From the NCBI GenBank assembly GCA_021432655.1, contig MU271367.1, positions 1 to 64,000 of the forward strand: 64,000 bases of DNA, written 5' to 3'. The notes under the pieces are model-generated. The model saw nothing but the letters and a program-made list of their open reading frames with translations, was not told the DNA's origin and searched no databases. Position numbers and translations under genes: made by a program. Shown in pieces: positions 1 through 12,617 of the stretch. Source of the DNA: Atractiella rhizophila. Taxonomy: Eukaryota. The first letter of the stretch is position 1, and the number at the start of each line of letters is the position of its first letter.

Positions 1-428
1 CGAGGTAGCTCCAGCACCAAATAAAGATGGTGTGGAAGCTCCACTAGACGGAGCGGCAGGTGTGCTCCCAAAGCTGAAACTAGGCGCAGGCGTGCTCCCA
101 CTCGCTGGAGCGCTCGTAGTAGTCGTTCCGAAACCCCCAAAGGCAGGTGTCGTCCCTCCAGTTGCAGGTGTTGAACTGCTTCCAAAAGCGCCAAAGGCTG
201 AAGGAGCCGCTAAGTCCCCAATATCGCTTAGCATGGTACATGAGAACTGGACGTTACAACTCACCTGGGCCTGTTGTTGAGGTGTTCGACGCGTTGTCTG
301 TCGATATTTAGCGAGTCAACATAAAGACAAAGGAGCTGAGAACACAGTACTTTGACCAAATCCGCTGAATCCGAAAGCTGTTCCAGCGTCAAACTGGCAA
401 CACAATGCAAACTAAGGGACTTACACAT
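1..428 (-). CDS. 5' part of an FG-repeat nucleoporin (Nsp1/Nup57/Nup49-like); runs off the window edge
   Basis: ATG at 428 followed by a GTAAGT donor; minus-strand exons read GTAFGFSGFG ... SAFGAFGSSSTPATGGTTPAFGGFGTTT...FSFGS...SLFGAG (FG/SLFG repeats in S/T/G-rich sequence). Which nucleoporin cannot be determined from this part. Confidence 0.75.
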
Positions 429-563
429 TGCAGCTATCCTTCTGATACTTCAAAATGTCAAGTGGTCGTGATTCGTCTGTTGGTCTGCAGTTGCTAATCC
501 GGTACTAAGCATGTAGTGGTGGCCAGATCTCTCCCCAAGTTCTTCTGACAGCCAGGAAGCAGC

Positions 564-1163
564 ATGGTACGCTTCAAGGTAAGCCTGTGAGTGCCGCTGT
601 GGCCAAAAGCTGACGATGCGACCGCAGAATCGCTACCTCCTGACGCAATTTCATTTCTCACCCGATTCATCTCCTCCACAGCTGCTTGAAAAAGAAATCG
701 CGTCCATCCTGCGTGATTCACTAGTCACCAACTTTGGAGACATAACTGGCGGTGGTCTTTCAGGCGGGATAGTTGGTGTGTTGTTTTCTCTATTGCATGC
801 TTCTTCCTTTTGATTGCAACTTTGAAACAAAGTGAAATACTACAGCCCCGTCACGAACCTGTCCATCATTCGCTGTTCGAGAGAGGGACACAAACATATA
901 TGGGCCGCTTTGACATTACTAAGGAGCATCAAAGGACAGCCGGTTATTGCGCAGGTATTGCATGTTGGAGGTACTACGTTTATCATTCACCTTCCGAGGA
1001 GGAGGAATGAACGGCTAACATCTGTGATGGGAATGACATAGGTACGATAAGGAAAACACAACAGGCAGCGATTGTCCATAACCGCACTCTAATCCTGGGA
1101 TTTAAGGACGGGGAGAAGATTCTTCAAGATGAAGAGACGAAAATTCAAGGGCTCGAAGCTTGA
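564..1163 (+). CDS. POP5: RNase P/MRP subunit Pop5 (multi-exon)
   Basis: Spliced MVRFK|NRYLL...IRDS-like (LRDSLVTNFGD)...VKYYSPVTNLSIIRCSREGHKHIWAALT...VLHVGGTIRKTQ matches the Rpp14/Pop5 pattern; TGA at 1161-1163. Confidence 0.9.
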
Positions 1164-1513
1164 TTGACCTGACCCCAAACCATAGACCACACTGGATATA
1201 CCTAGCAACGCTCTAGGCTAGGCTGATCCGTACAGAGTCTGGTTAGATCCCGTCCCTTTATGAAGACGCTCCTTCGATAGCCTTAAATAGGAAAGAACGG
1301 GCAGCTGAAGCCTGAAAGGTTGGAGAGACCTGTGGACAGGAGGAATGAGTGACAGAAGGACGAAGCAGTCCTGTGCGTTTTATTTTCTTGACACTCTGAA
1401 GCTATGTAGTCGGTCACTCCAAACTGAAAAATGTCATAATGATACACCATAGATAAGTTATTGCATCTGGGCCAACTGGCAAAAGCGAAACCCCTAAAAT
1501 TTGGAGGCTGAAA

Positions 1514-4500
1514 CTACTGATCCGTGATACTGAGATTCTGCAGCAGGAAGGAGCGGCTAAGTTCAGGCTGTCCAACGCTAGCAACTACAGACTTGATGAG
1601 TGCACCAATTAATGACGCTGTTGCTGTAGCTCACAGGTAAGATGTAGGTTATATCTAGCTTCATTCGCGTAGTCGATCCCATTCGTCGTACCTTTTTTTG
1701 ACATTTCAATGACCTTTTCGTAATGCGGAATTGCCAAATGATGTAAGCCTGTGCGCATACCATCAGAACATCTGTTGTTGGAAGATGGGAGACCTTGGTC
1801 TGTACCCAATGAGTGAAATGCTCTCCCCAAATTGTATTGCGTTTCTGACGATTCTCCTTTCAGCCTTCGGTACTTTTGTAAGAAAGCCATTGCCTGCAAC
1901 AACCTCGTCAGCATCAATGTGTGCGAACATCGAAACCGACCTGAGCAATGGCGTAATGCCTATTGTCGACTTTTCTGGTCATGGCTCTGAAGATATACCC
2001 GACCGCAAGGCAAAGGCATATCAAAGCGTTAGAAGGATAGTTTTCGTACACCTTGAGGTATTGCCTTATCGACCATTGGTATGACCGGGAAAGAATCGAC
2101 ATGTTGCCCAGCATGGCTTGCAAGAAAGGATTCGCGTTCTTGGGACGCCAAGGAGCGTCCACCATTTCCACGCCATCCTGGTCGTCGTCCCTCAGATCGT
2201 CGTCATCATCCATGGGTTGCCCAGACTTGGGAAGAGTCAATTTGCTACTGGGATGAAGGGTCTTCAGCACCCAGCGACCCTTATGCGCTCTCAAGATGTG
2301 CTTCTCTCCCACCGCAAATCCTTCCTTGGTAATCGGGAGATTAGCCCCCACATCGCTCGCCAGCACTTCAATCAACTCGCTCCTCCTCTCGAGAACCTTC
2401 CCAAACGCAACATCGGAAAAGATTTGGATAGGGCCATGACCTTGGGAGCAAAGCGCTTGCCACAGTTTTGGGAAGTCGGGGTGAAGTGGGAAGCGATTGA
2501 TTAGCAGTCGAATGGATTCTGTGAGCCCTCCCCAATTACTGGTGTTAAAGCAGACCGCTGGCAAAAAAATAATAAAACCCCCCAGAACCGGAAAAAAAAA
2601 TAAAAAATCCCCGCAAATGGAAGGTGGAAAAAGAACCGGCAAAATTCCCAAAAAAAAAAGCCGAAACCAAAGGGGCCAAGGGTTCCAAAACCCGGGGTGG
2701 AACCCCCAAATGCCGAAAAAACAAAACAAAACAACAACAACTTTAACCCCCCCTTAATCCGGCAAGAGGAACCGCAAAGGCAAACCTTCATGATGATTTG
2801 CATCCAACGATCGAAATGTACTCCTCGGTAGTCCTCAGCATCCTCCTCTTGTTCATCTTCCTGCGCTTCCTCTCGCACTGACTTCTTGAGTCAGCACGCA
2901 GAGAAGGAGACAACAATACGTACCCAGTTGCATTTGAATCCTATCCGCCAACACATTAGCTTGCTCATCAACATCCTGTAAACTTTTTTTCCTCTTGTAT
3001 CGCCTATCCGGTTTCCACCTGAAGGCGATTTTCAGACTGTGAGGGAAGAACCTGGGATCTTCCCTTAATCTCGTTATCAATTCGCCGGCGAGTTCGGTCC
3101 AGTCTTTCAATGCCTCATAGTCATCTTGAGATTCGAGTAACTCTAGACGATGCATTAAGAGTTCGAATTCTTCTTGGACCGCTGCATGGAAGGCGCGACG
3201 TTCCTCAGCTGTCATGCGACGAGGGTTTTTCCTCTTTCGATTGACCATTTGTGGGAAGATTCCACGTTGTGCTTGAGATCCATCGTCCCGTTTCTGAGCT
3301 ATCATTTCGTCTTGCATCTGTTTACGAATCTCAAGAACTGAACACAGGTTCAATGTGCAAGTGCGCAGGCAAGACTGAAACAGTACCTTCGTTTACGAGA
3401 TCCAAAGATTTCGCCCATTCCCGCAACTCCTCATAGATGCCAGCAAGGTGCAGCTTGAGCTCCAGATTGTTCGGATCACTTTCCACAGCTAAGTGCAACG
3501 TCAGTGAGAATCGCTAGCTACCAATAAAGTTGTTAACCAGCTTCGAATGTGTCCGCCGCCTCTCTGTACCTCCCCGAATTCCTTTGTGCCAACCCAACTC
3601 TCGAATACACCTCCACTGTTTGAAACTCTGGCCTATTCACTAGGTCGTCGAACACCTCCAACGCTTCCTCCCACAATTCGTGCTCGAACAAGGTGTCTCC
3701 GATCTCCAAATGAAGCTCCTGGTAGAAAGCAGGATCGCTCTCCCTAGCGATGCTAAAGTGGCGCTTTGCCTCCTTCTCGTCCCCCAATCCCATACGACAA
3801 ACCCCCAGTTTTCCACGCAAAACGACAGGCAAGTCCGCAGTCGGTAGCTCTTGAGCAGTTTTAAGTAGCTCGAGGAGCTCAGCTGGTTCTCCATAGCTGC
3901 CAACGGGAGCGCGGTCTGCCCTGCGAGGATCGAACTCTCTATCGTCAAACTCTTCAAGTAGCCTCCAAAGATCTTCATCCTGCATTCGGTTTTGCAACCA
4001 ACGCATGTTTGTCTTCAACTCTTTGATTGCAGCCATATAAGCCTTCTCTTTGATGAGCATGTCGACCAACCAGGAGAGATCTGAAATTGAAAGGCAGGCT
4101 GTGGGATCCAGTTTGGAGGGATCAGGGTATATGGAGCGATAATGATTGAAGGCACTTTGAAGATACACTATGCCAGCAGGGAGCGCCGGTAAGTGATATA
4201 GAAGGGGAATGAGCTCTCGAAGGACGTTAGGATCGTGAGGAAGTAACTTGAGAAGTGATTCATGAGACGAAATGGCCTGATAATGTTATTGGTCGACATT
4301 TACAAGCTGCTGAACACTAAAAGCTTACCGCTTTCGGATTGCCCAGTTCCTTGTAAAGAATAGCACGGTCCCATGACGCGTCCGTATCGTTCTTGTCAAT
4401 TTTCAACGCTTGGGTGTAACAATACACCGCCTGCTGCAACATCCCCAGCTCTCTACCACAGCTCGATCAGAACACTTGAGGTATTAAGCAAGCGCGATCA

Positions 4501-5312
4501 TCAAATGCACAAACCTGGATTCGTTTCCAGCTTCCTTCCAAACATCACCGGCCTCCTTCAGGGGAGTAAGTTTTGCAGCCACAATTTTTGCCTGAAGAGA
4601 CTTCTCCACATCTCCCAATTCCTGCCAAATTGTAGACAATGTATGCCAAGGGTTACGGAGGGACGGTTCATGTTTGATGACTTCGTTTAAGAGCGATATA
4701 GCCTCCGTGTATTCTTGCTGGACGTAAAGCATGTTTGCACGACCAAGCATGCTTCTCACTTCAGCTGAAACATTTTGCTCCAGCCTAGCTTTCTGAACAC
4801 ACCACATAACGCCATTCAGCTGGTAGTAGGATTTCAGAAAGGTAGTGTACTTTTTTGGTTCGCTTGCGCGATCGCTTTGCCATTCCAAGAGCCTGGTCAA
4901 AAGACTCGTCGTCCTCCTCCATTTCTCTCTGTATTTCCTGCTGCCAGGCACCGAGGGCTTGAGAGGTGGTTGCATCCTTCTGCGTTCCTGCAGGCCCTCC
5001 CATACCAGCTATCAATCGACTGTGTACGTCAACGTGAATCTATAGTCCATAGTAATACAGAAGCAGGAGTGCCCACTTAAGTTCTCCTTCCTTTGAGGCA
5101 AACAATCAAAACGACCCATTGCAATACTCGTAGAAAGTACAGACCTCGTATTCCACATCTTCTTCTACATCGTCTCCCTCATCCTCTTCATTTTCTCCCT
5201 CGCTCTCCACACCTGAAGCATGCTCCACCATGTCATCCTCATCCCATTCTTCCTCCTCTGAAATCAAAGTGGGACCGCCAAGTGCTGGGTCCAAAGGAAA
5301 GTCGTAGTCCAT
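1514..5312 (-). CDS. TFC4: TFIIIC TPR subunit (Tfc4/Sfc4/GTF3C3-like), multi-exon; garbled tract at ~2525-2790
   Basis: Acidic N-terminus; TPR helices (MLGRANMLYV..EAISLLNEVIKHEP..PWHTLSTIWQELG); C-terminal RAMTRKVDNRHYAIAQ, AMAFLQKYR, YNLGRAFHSLGLHHLAIPHYEKV, EARYNLHL are typical of the family. Confidence 0.85.
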
Positions 5313-6629
5313 GTTGAAAGGGCTTATTACCAGCACCCGCTCTCGAGGAGCTCTTGACCTGGGAAAGAGGCTTATTGATTCACCACCGTGTTCGATCGCG
5401 TCTCGTCTCCGTTAGTTACAACGACAAACTGCTGCACACATTGATAGACCCCTGATAATCGAAGAAAGAAGCAGGCAGCGGGTTGAACACTGGATTGACG
5501 GCAAGAACGCCAGGAATATAATGTCAGACGTCAAAGACATGAAAATATTAGGCGAATCTGTGAGTATATTGTAAATACTGCTCCTTCGTTCGTTATCCTA
5601 TCCTGCAACCGTAATCCTACAAATACTTCAACGTCGTACAGGGTGCTGATCTCTTGGAATCGCGTTGCGATAGCTTTCATGGTTTGTGCAATTTATGCAC
5701 TTAATCGGTGGTTACAGAGAATTTGAAGCAATACATATCAGTTCCATTCAGCCATCTCAGATTGTTCTACTGTGTTATATGGTGCTGCTTGGTTGATTAG
5801 ACATTTAAATTCTTGAAAAAGAACTAATTAGCCCATGATATTATGCAGAATTAGCGACTACCACCTAGTGGTGTGACGATAATTTCCTTCAAACCATACC
5901 TATTTCACCGGCAAGGCGATGACCAGCAAAGTAAACGTCTTTAGGAGACAAGTGATGGCCACCTTTCTTTAAGATACTTTTCATTCTTCCAATGAGCGTT
6001 TGATGCGCATTCTTCGTGCACGTTCAGTCTGGTCTGAGTGCGATAATGCAACTAATGCTCATTTCATGCATCTTGCTGTCCTCAGCAAGCCCATGCGACC
6101 TTTCGTCGAGTATACAATGTTCCACGAACTCAGAATCCCTCCTTGTCGAAGCTTGCTACACCAAAAGAGATATTGATGGAACATTCTGAGCCATCTCACA
6201 TCCCAAGCTGACGTTCCGCAGATTGCACTCACAAAGCTTGAGCGAGGACATGCCTGATCTTTCTTCGCGACTTGATTCGATCTGTGAACGCGATGGCATG
6301 TAAGTCAGCCTCGAGCGGTGGCTTTCATTCAACCGTAAGTAGCACATTTTGAGAGACCGTTTAGTCTCGGCCACATCTCAAGTGGCTCTCTTTTATCGTG
6401 TCGAGCATAGTAATTGAGTTCTTTGAGAACCTACCATGCAACGGTAAACTATTGTTACCATTTATGAGAGACATCATTTCTAAGGGACTTCTTCGTGTGC
6501 AAGTGTTGCCCTCCTTGGCTCCATGTCATATTTAGACCTGATGGTGGAACTTATTACTCGAGGTTACTAGAGGCCGCTTCTCCCTGTTCTTGAAATGCAA
6601 CGTGTACCCATTTCAAACATCCCAAAAGA

Positions 6630-7685
6630 TCAAGCAATTTCTGGAAACAATTGACTTTGACATTCTCGCGTGCACTTTGCCAACCCATCAGTTTCAGAGA
6701 GAAGGAAAAAGGGCACGGTACGCACCTCGTAAAACTCGGAGTTGAGAATGTTGGTATTGCACGGAGAACTCAGCTCTTCTTCAGAAGACAGCACCAGTTC
6801 GTCACGTTTCTTCAGACGAGCGGGACCACCGATTGGAGCGGTTGAGTGCGAGATTTGGTCGATAGAAACGTTGTCCACTGCGATGAAATGCTGAAAAGAC
6901 GGGACAATGATAAAAATGCCAGACCTTACCAACGAAGAACGACCGATAATTCCATCCTGATTCGCGTACAATGAGCAACAGACGATGATGGCATAAACTC
7001 TAACCTGAAAACCCAAGCGAAAGAGAAGTTTGGGTCGGCGTCACTCTCCACTGATACGTTTTGAAGTCTGTTGTTACTTGGCATCCTATGTCGACAACGA
7101 ACTGGCCAAACGAGGCAACCAAAGAATACTGCACATTAACAGAAAAAAGAAAGAGTCAGCGATGGCGGTATGCCCACGCACGATGAGGCACATGCCTTCC
7201 CCAAGTCCTTGATGACAGTCCTCGCGTCAAAGCTGAAGACATATGTGTTGCCCACAGTCAGTCCCGTGATTGTCTGCTGGATGCCATCTTGGGCATTGTA
7301 ATCCTGTCCCATAAAAGCTCAGAAATTAAACACTCGCTACTTGGACTTGGTGCTGGGTCTTGAGGAGCTTACCGAGGATTGGGCAACCCAAGCGAGCGAT
7401 CTGACTCCCCTTTTCAGTCATCAAGCAAAAAACGGATCTGAACAACCTACCCGTCTGGCCCAGCGCTTGTCACGAGCCCACCAGCTGTTGGTAGCGTCAG
7501 TGTGACAAAATGTAAATATTTAACCTACTTCGTGTCCATCCGTTGAAGCTCTGCTGAAAGTCACCATTCTAGCCCACATTTAGTATGTTGCTGAAATGCG
7601 GCCGTAGTGAACTCACAACAACGCTGTTTACAGCTGAAATTAGCGGAAAGGAGCAGAGTGAGAGCAGCGAGAAGAAAACCTTCAT
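6630..7685 (-). CDS. Secreted hypothetical protein, possible jelly-roll/carbohydrate-binding-like domain (many small exons; 3' end uncertain)
   Basis: Signal-peptide-like MKVFFSLLSLCSFPLISAV at 7685; exons between GT..AG introns read DGIQQTITGLTVGNTYVFSFDAR, FKTYQWRVTPTQTSLSLGF, IAVDNVSI; a KR dibasic site (LKKRDE) follows. Confidence 0.55.
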
Positions 7686-8756
7686 GGTTTGGAGTTTGAA
7701 GTGTCAAGCGGTAGCTGAGGAAGTAAGGAATGGATAAAGTGATGACTTCAGCAAGGTGTTGCAGAAGGTGGGAGAGAAGAAGATCCCATTGAGACGAGAC
7801 TGCTTTTGAGGACAGACAGTGTGCGAGGGAAGATGGGATTTCCCTCCGTACTTCCAGCTTACAATTTACAATCGATCGATAAGTGGGTACTAGGCCCAAG
7901 TAAATGGGGCGGATTGACACTCAATTCATGCGAGGCATCCGAAAGAACACCCGCATGATAGAATGTTGGGAAAATCTCTTCGGCGGAGACTGGTCTCTTC
8001 CACACAAGTGTGGGCGAAGTGACAGGAGGCCGCTTGCCGGACCTTCCAGCCTCCTAAATTTCATCTTTTGCCTCTGAAGACTTGTCTAGCACTTGTACTG
8101 AGCCAAGGATTACTGAAGGGTAAAGAGACCACAGTGGCTTCAAAAATTTGGTTATTTGAACTGGAACAAGAATCCTTTGCTTTTGTCATTGTGTTCATTC
8201 TAAAGTCTTTTCAAGTATGGTCCTTGCACTCTTGAGATATCCCTCGCGGATCCCTCGAACAGCGAAACAAAGATGTCATCGAGGAAGTAATATGTTGCCA
8301 ACCTTTTCTAGTTCTGTTGTGCAAATATGTAGATCTTGTTAAGGAGTGATTGTTCGAAATGGGTACAACATACCTTTACAATTCATTATGGGACCAAGGC
8401 TGCGTCTTCCAAAGGAGGAAGAGGTGCGTGGCGTTATTCATTCCAATTTTCAGAACTTGGTGCTGGCTAAGGTCTTTGAGTTACCATCGCTTCCAGATTC
8501 GAAAGAGCAATAATTCCAAAGTGTTATGAACAGAGACTTCTGGGGGAAGTAAGATGTAAGCAGGAGTAACGCGAGGTTATTGTCAAGACCCACCCACCGT
8601 CTCCAGATACTTTGAAAGGTCTACGATACCTGTGCTTGGACTGAACATATATTTGCACCAACGCTCGATTCGAGTGGTTGTGTTGCCGGACGGGTTGGAT
8701 CCAAGTTGTTTGTTTGGAAAGAAGTGGCCCAACCTCCACGACAGCGCTTGAGCACC

Positions 8757-11700
8757 ATGGTAAGCCTTTCTCGTCCTGTGGAGCTACTCTGAACTGTGTT
8801 ACAGCCTCTTCTCCTCGACGTCAAGGTATATTTCACGCCTCAGTGTCGGAGCTGCCTTCTCACAGCGTCCTCCAGCGAAAATTCCGAGCGCGCTCAGCAA
8901 GAGTGAAGTCTCTTGACTTCCATCCTACTGAACCCTGGCTGCTTGCCGGTCTTTATACTGGGCATGTTTACATATGGCATTCAGAGACAGGAGTGCGTTT
9001 CTTCTTCCTCCGCAAGGGAATCGGTTGGTTGAGCATTGGTGCAGGACTTGATCAAATCTTTTGAAGCCACAGAAGTCCCTGTTCGCTGCGTCAAGTTCAT
9101 CCCTCGCAAGAACTGGTATGCTTTATTTCAGGTGGCCTTTGAAGAGTATGATTGATGGCGTGCAGGTTCATCTGTGGAGCAGACGACTTTCAACTGCGTG
9201 TTTTCAACTACAACACCTCCGAAAAGATTACAGCCTTCGAAGCCCACCCAGATTATATTAGAGCTCTCGCTGTTCACCCCACCCGCCCTCTCGTTATTAC
9301 TGCAAGTGATGATCTCACGATCAAGGTGTGGGACTGGGATAAAGGATGGAAGTGTACCCAGGTACGCACTCGTCACTTTCATTTCGTTGGGCAGGCAAGG
9401 ACGGAGGGCTGAGAGTTATTCACATAGGTGTGCGAAGGCCATACTCACTATATCATGAACATTGCTCTGAATCCTAAAGATCCTAACACCTTCGCTACCT
9501 CTTGTCTCGACCGTACAGTCAAAGTATGGACCATCGGTTCTCCTCACGCTAACTTCTCCTTCGAAGCTTGCGATCGTGGCGTGAATTATGTGGAGTACTA
9601 CCAAGCAGGGGATAAGCCGTGGATGGTGACCACTGGTGACGATCGGTTTGCCTTTTTCCCTTCTCTCCCTCAAGAACGCCACTGATATCATGGATGATAC
9701 AGTTTGGTCAAGATCTGGGACTATCTCTCCAAATCTCTCATAGCCACCCTCTCTTCGCACACATCCAACGTCTCCTTCGCTCTCTTCCATCCCACCCTCC
9801 CCATCCTTGTCTCCGGCGCTGAAGATGGAACGATCAAAATCTGGCATTCGAGTACTTACCGCCTGGAGAACACGCTGAACTATGGATTGCAGCGTGCTTG
9901 GTGTGTTGCATGGGATAGGGAAAAGAAGAGCAACGTACTCGCAGTCGGATTTGACGAAGGTGCGGTGGTTTTGAAGGCGAGTCGGTTGTTGTCACTGGGA
10001 AGGAATGAGAACTGATATGGTTTGGGTTGGATTTAGCTTGGAAGAGAAGAACCTAGCGTTAGCATGGATGTGAGCGGAAAAGTCGTGTATGCCCGGAATA
10101 CTGAGATCCTCAGCACCCATCTGGGGACAATCGGTTCGTATCTTCTGGCTTAGACAATCTTGTTCTCTCTCATTTTTGTTTTGAGTAGAAGGAGAAGTTA
10201 AGGATGGAGAAAAGCTTCAAGTCTCTTTGCGCGAGCTGGGTACCACAGAAGTGTACCCTCAATCCCTACAACATTCACCAAACGGACGGTTCGTCTTCCT
10301 CCTTTGATCTCCCATCTTCGCTCTTCGCTCACCTATGACCCGTTTTAGATTTGTAACGGTCTGCGGAGACGGCGAATACATCATCTATACCGCTCTCGCA
10401 TGGCGAAACAAATCCTTCGGTTCAGGTCTACACTTTGCTTGGTCGCACGATTCGAACACGTACGCTGTGAGGGAGGCGAGCTCGAAGGTGAAGGTGTTCA
10501 AGAACTTTAAGGAGAGGCCAGGGTTGGTCAGGATCAGCTATAATACGGATGGACTTTGGGGTGGCCATTTGCTCGCTGTCAAAGGCCCTGGATTCATCGT
10601 GTTTTATGATTGGGAAACGGGGGCGTTGGTGAGAAGGATAGAGGTGGAGGCGAAAGAGGTACGTTCCTCCTTTCTCATATGAAGACACTTGTGCCGCAGA
10701 CACTCAAGCCATCATTAGGTCTCGTGGTCCCCCACTGGCTCGATGGTTGCCATCATCTCCGAAGACTCCTTTTACATCCTTCGATTCGACAGAGATGCCT
10801 ATCAACAGGAAGTTGACGCGAGCGGAGGAATCGATAACGTTGGAGATGAAGGCGTCGAAGCGGCTTTTGACCTCACGTCTGAGATTTCGGAAGGCGTGAG
10901 GACTGGCAAATGGATTGGAGACTGCTTCGTTTACACCACTTCTAGCAATAAACTCAACTATCTCCTTGGCGGGCAGACACAGACGCTCAACATCTCTGAC
11001 ACGTGCGTGTTCTCCCTCCTCCTCCAGTACCATATACTCCCATTTCGAAGTCACGCTGATGTCGCATGAACAGCGAGATGTACCTCTTAGGATACTTACC
11101 AGCTCAGAATCGAATCTACCTTTGCGATAAAGAGATGAACATATTCTCTTTCGCGCTCTCCGTCGCTGTGCTGGATTATCAAACAGCAGTCCTTCGCGGG
11201 GACATGGAAGAGGCGGAATCACTACTTCCGAGCATACCCACAGACCAGAGGAACCGGATAGCTCGCTTCCTCGAATCTCACGGTATGCCTTTTGTTATTT
11301 ACTATTGCAGGGCTCTACTGATCGTCCCATTGTGCGGTCTTAGACTTTAAAGAGCTAGCCTTGCAAGTTTCCACAGATGTTGATCACCGCTTCGACCTTG
11401 CCATCTCACTGGATGATCTCGATACCGCCCTTCAAATCGTCCAATCGACAGAAGGAACGGGATACGAAACAAAGTGGAGGACGATTGGGGATCGTGCACT
11501 CGCCACTTGGCGCATCGATCTCGCTGCTCAATGTTTCACGAAAGCTGGAGACCTTTCTGCGCTGCTGTTGATCTATACCAGCACAGGGGATCAGAAGGGT
11601 CTTGCCGAGCTGGCTGCTATGTCTTGTCCGTCATTTCCATCATTTAGAGAAGGGAATGTTGACATTTGGATGCGCAGTGGAGAAAGGACAGAATAACATT

Positions 11701-12176
11701 GCTTTTGCTTCAAAATTGCAAACAGGCGCAACCAAGGATTGCGTTGACATCCTCCTCAACACAGATCGAATCTCGGAGGCTGCCCTCTTTTCGCGGACAT
11801 ATGCACCGAGGTGAGTACACATTCACATTCGTGAGGTAATGGTGTCTCAAACAGACCATAGTCAAACGTCACGGACTGTCAAAGCTTGGAAGAGCGACCT
11901 TGTATCGAAGAAAAAGAATAAGATCGCATCGATGATAGCTGATCCCGAAGAAAGACCAGACGCTTTTGAGGAAGGATGGGAGGCTGTTCTGGCGAAGGAA
12001 CTGGACTTGCAGGGCATCAAATTGAACGGGGTGGTGAATGGAGCTCATGAAGACGAAAATGAACCTCTTGAAGGGGACGAAGGTACATACGTCTTTCTTT
12101 AATTTGTGCCCTTGCGATTCGGGGACTGATAACGAGTTCGATATGGATAGTCATGGTTGACAAACCGTCGTCGTAG
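8757..12176 (+). CDS. SEC27: Coatomer (COPI) beta' subunit
   Basis: [82 protein letters not shown]40 repeats plus coatomer WDAD region over many exons. Confidence 0.97.
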
Positions 12177-12617
12177 TTGTCGGTACGGTATAGAAAAGCT
12201 ATGTTCGTTTTAGCACATGGGGTTGTGACATACATATGGACTTCTGCGCATAATAAAATACTTGCTTTGGCAAGACTTTCAGTTTCCGTGCCATCGACAA
12301 CGGCGGGGTCGAATAGCATGGACCCATTCAAGCACGGTCCAGTTGACGGACAGGACTTGGTAGGATGGAGTGAAGTTGTCAACATCATGACGACACGAAA
12401 CTCAGAAGGGTTCGCTTTTGCTGGACTTAAATTCCTTATTTGAATAGGGGCTGCATGCAAATAAAGAGCGAGGCCTTAGAGACATCGAACGATCTTTCAA
12501 TTCTCGATAATACACTTCCCCTAATGAATGCATCGCTTCCCTCATCCCCACAACCACGACTCATTATCGACACCTTCCAAAGGGCGATGGTATATGGTAT
12601 CCACAGTTGAGCAATTA

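Noticed and set aside
32..280. 82-aa + strand ORF
   Set aside because: Antisense shadow of the FG-nucleoporin exon on the minus strand.
2497..2757. Lys-rich + ORF and the Phe-rich start of minus ORF 1914-2729 as novel proteins
   Set aside because: Products of the garbled homopolymer tract inside TFC4.
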